A stretch of DNA of 64,000 bases from NCBI GenBank assembly GCA_973851085.1, contig OZ316776.1, forward strand, positions 10,292,001 through 10,356,000, written 5' to 3'. The notes under the pieces are model-generated. The model did no database searches. It worked only from the letters and a program-made list of their open reading frames with translations, and was not told the origin of the DNA. Shown here in pieces: positions 53,254 to 64,000 of the stretch (position 1 is the stretch's first letter; each line of letters begins with the position of its first letter). Position numbers and translations under genes: made by a program. Source of the stretch: Ptychomitrium polyphyllum. Taxonomy: Eukaryota.

Positions 53254-56200
53254 ATGGCCGGGACGCGCTGCCCCGAGGAGCCCTCGTCTGTGTCCTTGTC
53301 GCAAGATATCGTTGCCAATGCCAACGCGAATGCCGCCCTGCACTACTCCGACGACGAGCGCTCCGTCGCTGCGGATTCCTGGTCCGTCAAGAGCGAGTAC
53401 GGCAGCGTCCTGGATGGCGACGACCAGCGCAATGCCGACGTTGTCGACGCCTTGAACGCCTCCTTCCGCCCCACTGACTATATGTGCGTTCCTCTTGGCC
53501 CATCCCCACTGCGCGGTTGACCCAAAACTACTACTCACTGCTTTTATTACTTGATCCATTCCTGTTTGCATATTTAACTCTCGACGCGATTCTGCTCGGC
53601 AGCAGTATAGGAGTATTGAATTACTTCTAGAATGGTCGTGCAGACCGTGGGTTTTAATGTTCATGAAAATGATGGTACGCTAGCGATACCTCTGGTTTTG
53701 GGATTATTGGAATGGGAGCCCTGTGAATCGGCATGGTGAATCCGGGTGATGTGTATCTCCTGGAGATCCACTAGTTCAAGTCTCTAGATGTATTATTCCT
53801 CTGAGAGTGCTTATTGTCTCAAATTTTTTGTACATTCTCGTACATGAGGGCTTTTCTATGTTGCTTAGAATTTATGACGCACTTCTATGAGTCGTACATT
53901 CTCACCTCTCTGGACTCTCCTTTCTTCTCACTGCGGTTCCTGGTTTGTTCGAATTGCAAGCTAGGGTTCAGCACAAAGGGGTAATAACACAAGACATGGT
54001 AATGAGTCGAGAGTACACTTGAGACGTAACCTCATCATATGGTTATGCTAAGTCTGATTGGTGCGGGAAAGAGAGCAGGCCAGAAGTCTATTGCTTCAGT
54101 TGAAGCTTACAGTTTTTGCTCCTTCTGACTGGCTACTTTTCTTCTTTCAGATCAGACAAGGAGGAGCAAGATGCGGAGGTCGAGCCTTCTGTATTGGGCC
54201 TGCAGTCCCACTGGGATTCAACTTATGCGGATGAACTTGTAAACTTTCATGAGCAGGGCGATCCCGGTGAAATCTGGTTAGCGATTTGAACTATTCTGGA
54301 AATGATCTAGTCGTCTTTTAGCTGCAAGGAGTGTGTGATACCAGAACACATGTAGGGTTTATCAGCTTCTCAAGTGCAAGTAGCGTCAGGCTTGTACGTG
54401 GCTCCTATGTAAATTTGCACGTGATTGAATACGATTTGTTGGACCCTTTCAGTCAAGTCTATCTCCGTGCAGTCACTTAAGTGGATGAGCATGTTTATGG
54501 AAATGATTTCTACAGTTGTAGTGTTCTCTAGCCACGCTCAATACATAAGGAGATTATGTATACCTGACACGATTCAAGAGTTGGGGTGATTGAAGGTTTG
54601 GAGAGGAGGTAATGGAAACTATGGCGGCGTGGACAGCTAGAATATGTATTGCAATTGCAGCAGGTTTGCCCTATGACAATGTAGATGGCTTTGCTTTGGG
54701 GACAAGGGAACCAGAACACGTCAGCGCAGGTGGCTCAATGACATTGGAGCTAGCGAACTGGAATGTTCTTGACCTTGGCACTGGGAATGGCTTGCTTCTT
54801 CATGCTTTGGCAAAGCAAGGGTACATTACTGAAATATTGCACTTTCCATGACTATTTCACAAGTTTTAGGTGTTGTACAGTTCTGTTTAACGATTTTTTT
54901 TGTCGGACAGGCATTGAAGAAGACCAGCTTTTCATCTTCTGTGATGCAGGTTTACAGATCTGACAGGAACTGATTATAGTGAGGCAGGGGTGGAGCTTGC
55001 ACGGGCAATTTCAGCCCGTAGTAATGTCGATAATATTACGTTCCTAGTAAGTGCGCCAATTCTTCACAAGTCAGTAGAGATCTTTCCTGAACAGTGAATG
55101 TGAAAGGTTTAGTGGTATTTTTCTTAACAGAAAAATTCTTTACCTATACCGTAACATTGAACATACTGTTAACTGCGGACAAAGGATTTTAGTGGATATT
55201 AAAATACCGCAAATCCAGAGCTTCTAAGTTCTCTCCGCTGATTGGCGGCAGACGATGTATTTCTCGCGAGTAGCTTGTACGCCCTTTTGAAGTGTGGCTT
55301 ACCTTTTAAAAGTGGTTTACAGTCAATGGTTGTATTACGAGTAGAATATTATCAATGAAGGGTTGAGTCCCTATCAAATGATTCTACCATATGAGTTTGA
55401 TACCTGTGTATCTATCTTTGACTTTCCCGACGAAGCTGCGTTGTGACCTAAGTTGGGAACGTTGCTGGTTTTTTCTAACTACCAATTATTTGTAGGTTGA
55501 TGATGTGCTAGATACGAAGATAAATCAGCAGTTCAAGTTGGTCACTGATAAGGGAACTATTGATGCTATTGGTCTACACCCTGATGGTCCTGCACGCAGG
55601 TTTGCTCACTGTTAACACTTATACCGGATGCTTGTCAATGGCTTCCATTAAATTTTTAAGGTTTTTATAAAGGATTCTTTCAGTTTTTCAAAAAATTGTG
55701 GGCTTCAATCATCAGGACCATATTTTCAGACTTAGTAGAAGCTTTGTTTAGCAGTTTCACTTCTATGCAGTTTTCGACCCTTTGGGTATCGCAGTACCCG
55801 ATAAGCCTGTAGAGATTTTCTGACGGAACTTCGTATGGCTGCAGGATTCAATATTGGAAGTCTGTGTGCAAGTTGCTCGCTCCTGGTGGAATATTGGTAT
55901 TCGTTCTCTAGACACTGGGGAATAGCAATGAGTGTTGAAGTTTTCTTCTTGCTAGTAGGATTGTAGAATCAGCGAAGTTGTTGGTGTGCAGATTTGTCTT
56001 CAATTTCATCATGCAGTGCCTAATCTTCTGGAATGATATGGGGCAGGCAATCACCTCTTGTAACAGCACTAAGGACGAGTTAGTAGCTGAGGTGAATCGA
56101 TTCAACCGTTTCCAGAAGAGCAATGGCTGTAATGGCAAAGACGACAGAGACGACAAAGAAGCCAATGGTCCTTACTTGGGTTTTACAGATTTAACCCTCG

Positions 56201-56295
56201 AGTATATTGATCATGTTCGCACGTATCCTACATTCCGGTTTGGAGGCGTCGAGGGGACTAGAGTCTCGACGGTTGCTTTTATTTTTAGAGACTAA
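53254..56295 (+). CDS. EFM4: Protein-lysine N-methyltransferase EFM4/METTL10-like (eEF1A methyltransferase)
   Basis: SDDERSVAADSWSVKSEYGS N-terminus, LGLQSHWD..Y..EL.NF.E.GD.GEIWFG, SAM motif I VLDLGTGNG, GTDYSE, DDVLDT, DKGTIDAIGL, ITSCNST.DEL, YPTFRFGGVEG. Confidence 0.9.
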
Positions 56296-57509
56296 GATTT
56301 AGCCTAAGGTTTGTAAAACTAAATCGTTAGACAGTCGGTCTACAATCTGCAGTAAGATTGGCGGGAGGTATAATGATAACTTGTACTTGTCTTACTGTGG
56401 CCTTGCTATATCAAGGTTACAAGAAACTCTCTCTGAAGCTTAATAGTGTTCGGTTGTCCAAATGATATAATTATGTCCCAAAGTGCAACAATTCAAGAAA
56501 GCTTTATGACACTGAAAATCTCTTTCCGAGATTTCTTGGTTCCAAAATTCCCATCATCCTTTCCCTTTCTCAGGCACGAAGTAGTGATTAGTATTTAGCA
56601 CTTGCAACTTTCGGTTCCATCTTAAAATCGTGTGAGGGTATAAAAGTTCTGCACCGCACCTACACCATTTCTAACCCTTTCACTCATGCATTTGTGTACT
56701 AAGTGTTGGTAGACCTTGAAATATCTTGGATTTGTTGCAAATGAATAACTTCAATGGAAACTCAAATCGCAAGAATTGGGATTCAAATTCTTCATTGAAG
56801 TTCGACTCTACTAAAACCTACTAATGTTTAGCTGACCTGATAAACGTAGATACTATTTTTCTTTTCCTTCTACTGTGCTTCCTTCCAAAAGAACTGAATC
56901 TTCTCTTCATTAAATTGTCTTTACAAATTTGATTATCTACGTCACCGCAGTGGTGAATCTGGTGACGAACAGTCAGCAATAGAAAATCAAGAATAATCAA
57001 ATTCTCAAACCGAACCAGGAGGACCGAAGATTTAGGATGCCAAGCCTAATCTATACTTGGACAAAGTTCCAATATTGATACAATAATTGATACATGTACT
57101 TCAATGAAGAATAGAATTAGAGCTGATTGGGAAGAGTCGCTGAAGCAGGGTGTACAGTGCACACCCTGATATTCGGACGATGCATTGATGAGACTGTTTC
57201 TATGGTTCACTGGTTGCCAACTATCTAGTCCAGAGTCTCTGCAGCGGTACGTCGAGTACTAAGGGTGCAATGTCATTCTATTCTACTGATTATCTGTGTT
57301 GGTTTCATACTAATTGATTGGTAGAAACAGTAGTTTTTCTGGAGCCACTTAACCTTGGATCTCTGACAAGGGATGGCAACAGAGAATCACACTCTTACGT
57401 CTCAAACACATGATCGCCCACAAGAATGATTACTACAGAGGTTCGCCGATTTCGCCCCGATTTAGCAAATGTCGAATCAGCGAAATGGGGGCGATAGACA
57501 CTTGATGGA

Positions 57510-58211
57510 TTAATTGAAGCTGGCGCAAGGATCCAACCTCTGAATGGAGGCCAGCACTCGCTCTGGCTCAAACTCCGGTGTGTACCCCCTTACCACGATC
57601 ACATCCTCCAAGCTCGAGTGTAGCATCACCTCATCAATACCTGCAATTCATTACCAATTCATTAACCTCACAATATTCGTCAAAAAACTTTGCGCATACT
57701 ATCAGGGGTGCTCATATTACGCCAAGAGCTTCGATATTTTTTTACTTCCGAAATGGATCAGGGCACCATTGGATGATGGAGGGCTTATATAATTCTACTT
57801 ACTGTATTTTCTAATGAGGGTGTTTTCGAGTCGACGCAACTTCCGGGGGTTTCTCACAATCCTAGGGGCGTAGTAATGCTTGGAAATCTGCAAGGCCTCA
57901 CCAAGAGACGAGCCACTAATTTATTTCAGGAGCAATCTACTGGACAGAATATGGATATAATAACGCTATTAATTAGAACACATACTTGCATGTCAGTAAT
58001 TGGGTTGTTGTTAAGATATGTGGAGCACAAAACATGATATTCAAACTTTAGCACCTAAAGCGAAGTAAAACAAGCGCCCGTGGGATAGTACTTAAGAGGC
58101 AGAGTTAATATGGATGGGTGAACAATATGAACGTACATAGGTGGTGGGCAGTTCCTCTGGATTCTGCAACAGAGGATCCATAGCTGTGTTAGATTCGTCA
58201 TCTGAACTCAT
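57510..58211 (-). CDS. Small 96-aa three-exon protein, HMA/ferredoxin-fold-like without CxxC (not in ORF track)
   Basis: Exons 58211-58137 (75 nt), 57887-57803 (85 nt) and 57640-57510 (131 nt); donors gtacgt and gtaagt, both acceptors ttgcag, phases 0 and 1 compatible. Protein: MSSDDESNTAMDPLLQNPEELPTTYISKHYYAPRIVRNPRKLRRLENTLIRKYSIDEVMLHSSLEDVIVVRGYTPEFEPERVLASIQRLDPCASFN*. Confidence 0.6.
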
Positions 58212-60275
58212 CACTCAGCCGCTCGCCTACTCTACTGCTTTACGTTAATCAATCCAGGCAATACTTGATGACCGACAGTAATATCAATTTCTTGAATATG
58301 CCAAGTACAACAATTCATGCACTGCCCATGCAACGTTCACACAGCAGCGCTTGCGTAAAGGCTCAAGATAGTCCTAACAACGATTCTGAAGATTCGACAT
58401 TGGTTTACAGCTTCATCAGGTTTTGGTGCGAAATTTAGACTATTTACACTTTATATCACTTGAATTCTTCAGACAACACAATAAAAAGTATATGGTAGGA
58501 GGCTACAATATTCGAGGTTCGCAATGTACCAGACGAGAGACCCCAAGCAAGATCAGTCAGAGCACCAAGCAAAGTGCAACAACGACGTAGTAATATAAAA
58601 ACCTGACTAGGCTCCCAGTTGTTGGAAGAATGAAGTAATCGATGCATATTTTTTTGCGCTTATAAGTACCGTGTAACGGCAAGGTTGCCCAAGAAGCTGG
58701 GAAATGCCAGTCTGGAAGTCAATCGTCCGAACACGTGTGTTGTAACGTTGTACATTTGTGCAGCTCACAGACATGTTCGTCCCGCTGCATGCATCGATCT
58801 TGACCTTACCTGGCCAGACTCTCCCGACAATGTCCAATGTCTACATAAACGTGCCTGTGCACCCGAGTTTGAAATTCACGTCTCTCGTCGTCACCTCTAC
58901 GCGAACCTTCACTAGCTGGTGAGTCGACGTAACAGACGTCGCCCTAGCTGCGGCGTCTACGAAATAAACGAGGAGTTGGCATCTTGACTAACGTACATTT
59001 AGGCTTTATCTAACCAAGTCTGTAAGGGACCCATTGGAATGACCAACTAATTTATTTGGGAATACGATGATGGTAGATAAAGTTTCAACCTTTTATTAAA
59101 GTCTATCGAGGTTTATGTGGTTTTCCTCTGATGATTCCCCGTTGGTCTCACTTTTTCCTATGAATATTGGTGTTGACACTTGTACATAATCACCTCCTTG
59201 TACCAAGTCACCTGCTTGTTGGAGGAATATTTCAAGTGTAAAATTCTGGGACACAAGGCGAAAGATTTTGCATCATGTGGACGTTGCAACGTCCTAAAAC
59301 AACTTTAACGAGACCGAGGACACATTATCATGTTTGTCTATATTGTGTTATTGTTAAAGTTTCTCGTCATGCAGTCGGTTACTCCATCGATGGGATACCG
59401 TCTAAAAACTCGAGGCTTAAGTGCCATTCTTACCTCGACAACATACTGCTTTCTGGGGGACTCGAGCAAAAACGACAGCATCGAAACCGAGTCATAGACT
59501 CTCAATGCAGAATTGAGAAACGCACATTTCAGAAAGGACGCAGAAACATGTGGACCCGAAACATGTCAACGTGGACTTGGGAAGGAAGAATCGGGTGGCA
59601 CGCACGCAACCCAGAATAACAATATTTTAAGTGAGGGCCGCGTGCAGTGACTGGTCCAAAGAGGAACAGTCATTCGTGACTCAATCCGGTTGTGAGGAAG
59701 CCAATTAGACGCTTCCCCTGATACGCGACCTCCAGGCATAGAAATTCTCTGCATGGGTGGGGGCGTACGTGCGCATTGGTTTAATATCATCAGGTTCTTG
59801 ATCGCTGGCTGGGCAGTATCAGACAGGGATACTCCACAACAATTCTTAGCATGCGGGGTTCATAAATCGAACTGCTCATTGAACGCCTGATAATCCACTT
59901 CGAGCGCAGAAGAGGTAAAGCGGTGACGTCAGATTTCTATTGACTACAGAGTAGCAGCTCCCAGGTGACTTCAGAGTCATTCTTACCAAGTACAACTGGA
60001 GCATCGAAATCCACGCCTCGCACGTGGATGACCTTTCTTGTCACAGGTCAAGAAAATATTGGCACTCAGGTACACGGGCGCTACTACAGATACAGTATAC
60101 TACAATTCCTGAGTTGCAGGACATACATGATCTCAAATACAAATTTATTCTTATAGACTCGTACCAAAACCGACTCCACTTGCCCATTCCAGAGAAGTGA
60201 GGCGCAAGGCATACTGATAACCATTACAATATTATGTATTTCGTTGTCAAGAGTGACAGTTTACTTGCTGATGAG

Positions 60276-61622
60276 TCAGTTGACTCGTCGGCAGTGAGAG
60301 CGCACCTCTCCTGCGCTTCCCGTCAACACTGTGGCACTCACCATCTTTCTAAACGCCGAGGCAAACGTCTCGAAGAACAGGTGCTCATCTGCAGCAAACT
60401 GCGCCATGACTGGCTTCGTGCGGGCGTCAGTTCCCAGATGCGCGTCCGCCCCGAAGAGGCCGCGCCCGCCCAGCACGTCCTTGAAGTAGCGGTTGTCGAA
60501 GCGGAGGTAGGTGAGGTCGTTGGGCAGGATGATACGGGACTCCGCAGTGGGGCACAGAGCGCGCAGTTGCCAGTACAAGTCGGATGACAGCGATGAATCG
60601 CGAGTTGGGTACATCCTGCCCACCACGTTCACGCAGTGACCCACTCCTATAGTGTGCGCCCCTGCACTTGATTCATTAGATCATCGAATGAAGAAGATAT
60701 TGAATTGCAGCACGTACTGTCCAAAGCCACAGGAACAGCGTGAAAACAAGGAGATGATTTGGAAATTGGGTGAAGAAGGATTCGGCGTTTGTGGTGATGC
60801 ATACCCAGGATGGCGACGCTCTCAACCAAGCTCATGCCAAAGTGGTAAAAAACTTCCAAAATGCGGTCGACGCTGGATGACGAAGGCGGCAGATGTGCGG
60901 CGGCAGTAGAGGCACTGGCGCGGGTTGCGTCCCTGCGGCCTAGCGGGATGGTTATGGGTGGCCCCCCGGCAAAAGCTACGGCCTCTCGGCCCGCCATGGC
61001 CACGATGTCAGCACATGACACCGTGTTGGGGCATTCGTTCTCCAGCGCTTGCTTCACTAGGTCGATGATCTCCAGTCCGCGGATGCCGAAGTTAGCCGAT
61101 GCTTCTCTCTCGCCCTTCATCCTCTGGCTGGGCAGGGAATCCAACAGAATGGACGCATCACAGGCCTGCAGCACGGCAGATGGTGTATCCAATCCATACA
61201 TGGAAGAACAGTAGTTATTCTTACAGTCTGGATCCCGCATTAAATCAAAACTGTGGTGGGCGTTGTGAGGAATGATTTTAGCTAATGAATGATGCATGTG
61301 ATCAGCAGGGTGATTGAGGGGGAGTAAATGATAGTATGCATAATACCTGAACTTGGCAGTCGTGGAAGACTAGGCGGATAAGGGAAGCCGGGGCGCTGGG
61401 GTCGAGCACAAACGCACGTCTTAAGCTCCGCGACACTATCTCCTTCGCTCTGGGGCACGTGCTGTTGTAGAATCCCACACTCAAACCGTGTCTCTTGCTT
61501 GTGACTGTCACTTTACCGTCATTGCCCATCAGTGTTGCTGCAGTACTGGTGCTCATCTGCAGCAGGGGCAGCATGAGCGCCACCACTCGCAGCCTCCAGC
61601 AACAGCCCCAATACGCCCCCAT
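60276..61622 (-). CDS. Class III secretory heme peroxidase, 3 exons
   Basis: Exons 61622-61347, 61165-60805 and 60661-60276. Signal peptide, GLSVGFYNSTCP, RLVFHDC (distal Arg/His), CDASILLD, CPNTVSCADI, LGRRD, proximal His in GAHTIGVGHC, FDNRYF, GEVRSHCRRVN*. Confidence 0.95.
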
Positions 61623-63545
61623 CCGACTCTAATCGTAATCAACGTTCCTCCACCTGCCTGCCTACAGCATCTTCAGTCGATCTTTCAGAAGCAAAATCGT
61701 CGAAGTAGCATGAATATATATTCAAGCTTATGTACGTTCGTGCAATATGGTACTGATTATTATTCCAGCTCTCCCAACATCGTCATCACATGAGTACGCT
61801 AACTGTCGTTGTACAATATCCTACCTCCCAGCCGCAATCTCAAAGCCAGGGCCGTCAGGATGATTACTGAGTACTTCACCAAATGAAGTGCTGGAAATGG
61901 AGAGGCGTTGCATCATCATTAGGTATCTTCAACTTAGCTTTACATGATTGATTCGTTGCTAACTGCATGGAGCCTCATTTACTCATTAGGTAGTTGGTAC
62001 TCTTGCATCACCAGCCCTGCGTTGACAATAGCTCTTCATAATTCCAGCCTAATCATTCTCAATTAGCTGTACCGGTACAGTAGCAGCTGCAATCGTGTAT
62101 TCATCACAGAGCCTGGTTCAAGGCCTACCGTACTTACAATATAGTATATGCAACATTTGTCCAGTAGCCATCAGGTAATTGCTGATAGAATAAAGTGTGA
62201 AACCAGCCATAGGTAGCATGTATTCATATGGATGTGATGTTGTACTGTGGTAGTTGCTGTTGGTATTAGGACTCTGGAAGTGACTAATTAGACTCGAATA
62301 AGCCCACGTAAATAATATTCTTTGATGCTTCTAATCTTATGCCATGACGTCACCTCATGGAATAAATTAGACGATGGTTCCCACTCAGTAATTGGTACAT
62401 TCCATCTGGATGTCAGTTCCGAATGATGACATTCATGCAGGCTATGGAGTAAGTGATTATTCCGACTCATCTTTCCTTTCGTTGAAAAGTGAATCATTCT
62501 ATTGTCGTCGTTAGATTTGTCAACGCTCAAGCTTTAGAAGTTCACCCAGCCGCCGCCAAATTTTATCCTAATCTTCAATTTTTTAGGTATACTCCAGCCT
62601 CCCCGCCTCAGTTAGATGCATTGCTTTAATGGTGGCATGTAACTCGGTCAAAAATAGAATGATTCAAATCTTGTTTGTTGTGACATTTATTAACTAAATT
62701 CAAATACTTAATGAAGGACTAGTGACCACAGTACACTCCCGTTTCATCAAATACGACCTTGGCTCATGAACAAGTCCCAACTCGCCGTTGCAAATAGGTA
62801 CTCCACGTTCCATGGTTCATCGCACATGACCCCACAGATGATGGTGGTGGTCTGCTCTTAACCTTCTCACTTTGACTACAAAACACAGAATTTCCAGACA
62901 CCAATTATAAATCCAACGACTATCTTATCACATCATCGTTTCCGACCTATATCAGGCCTTCAGAAGTCAGGATTATTTTAAGTGCAAAAAAATAGGTTAA
63001 GTCTTTGCATTTTCCATCACACAATCATAACCTACAAATAACTATTCACCATGTACATGGCATCGCACCATTCAAATCCTCGTGCGTGACCTGGCACTAT
63101 CAAGGTTCACAGTGACAACAGCAAAGATAACGTTCATGCTCAAGACAAGAAAGCGTAGGAGAATGCTCAAACTGTCCCTACAATGCAATCCCAAGTCTTT
63201 AAGGCAGCTTTTGTGTGGAAGTATGACCGATGGAGAGGAGATTTGTAGTATTATTGGACAAATAACTTCTTACACGATGTTGAGGAAGGGGCCAACAAAA
63301 TTTCTTGGATTCTGAGCTTCTACAAAAGCTACTCTCTACTCTAGTATCTAAGACCAAGGAGTTGACAATTTTTGAGCCTGTGGTGCTCTTCAGCCATTTG
63401 GTTGAAAGAGTAAGCAGGTGAAAGCAATGTATCCTACCCTATTTCAAACTCTGTTTTGTGACATTACATGGTACAAGGGAATTCTCTCAAGATGTACTGA
63501 AATGGGGATGTTAACTTACAAACCAAGGCAGGAATATACACTTAC

Positions 63546-64000
63546 GTTGTGTGATCTCTGCCTTCCCCTACACGATTCTTGGATTTTAAGATGCAAGAAA
63601 ACGCCTAGCGTAACTAGTGGCCAATGGCATCGAGTGCCACGCGTACTAATCGTACAACTCCATCAATATCTCCGAATCCACCCAACTCACCCACCTGCTT
63701 CACGGCGGCCATCCCCTGAGTCTCTTTCCCTGTCTCGGCCTTTGCTGTAGCCTCGGCAGCTCTTTGCAATGACTCGAGGAGCACATTCATTTCCTGAGCC
63801 TGGATGTAAGAATTATGATTTCATCAGTCCAGCAAGTGATGCAAAAGGCAAGCAGTAGCAAACTAACGGGTAAATTAAAAAGGCCCGTACAAAGCAGCAA
63901 ACGAGAAGGAAATAAATGAACATACATCTCGCAGAAATCGATTGGCAACTGGGCGCAACCGTGCAGGAATGTTGAATGAAGTCACGCCAGATGCTCCCGA
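63546..64000 (-). CDS. Partial multi-exon gene of unknown function, truncated by the window edge
   Basis: Open segments bounded by AG/GT: 64000-63926 (SGASGVTSFNIPARLRPVANRFLRD), 63799-63695 (AQEMNVLLESLQRAAEATAKAETGKETQGMAAVKQ) and 63567-63546 (GKAEITQ). The 3' end is not resolved and no family was recognised. Confidence 0.45.

Noticed and set aside
57146..57190. Helitron 3' terminus
   Set aside because: A hairpin is present but no CTRR end follows at the expected distance.
47702..61622. BAHD plus peroxidase as a phenolic biosynthetic cluster
   Set aside because: About 11 kb apart, separated by unrelated genes, and both belong to large families, so co-location is plausibly chance.

Overview
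Eukaryotic, intron-rich nuclear DNA from a land plant. Gene content and composition suggest a moss, but that is an inference. Nine multi-exon genes can be assembled with GT-AG introns and intact family motifs: DPE2 4-alpha-glucanotransferase (+), a KDPG/KHG aldolase (Eda-like) with a probable plastid transit peptide (+), Sec24 (+), a glutamate receptor-like channel (-), a GYP1/TBC1D22-type RabGAP (-), a WDR25-like WD40 protein (+), a BAHD acyltransferase (+), an EFM4/METTL10-type eEF1A lysine methyltransferase (+) and a class III peroxidase (-). A truncated unknown gene lies at the right edge. The main discovery is a three-exon 96-aa gene (58211-57510, -) that the ORF track misses; it looks like an HMA-type domain lacking the CxxC metal site. 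Very AT-rich, CpG-poor spacers separate several genes, and the promoters next to them often carry short GC-rich tandem arrays, including triple telo-boxes and triple ACGT boxes at EFM4 and a 40-bp hairpin repeat at the RabGAP. A few decayed coding relics are also visible. No rRNA, tRNA, CRISPR or intact transposase/retroelement was recognised, and there is no convincing multi-gene novel system.
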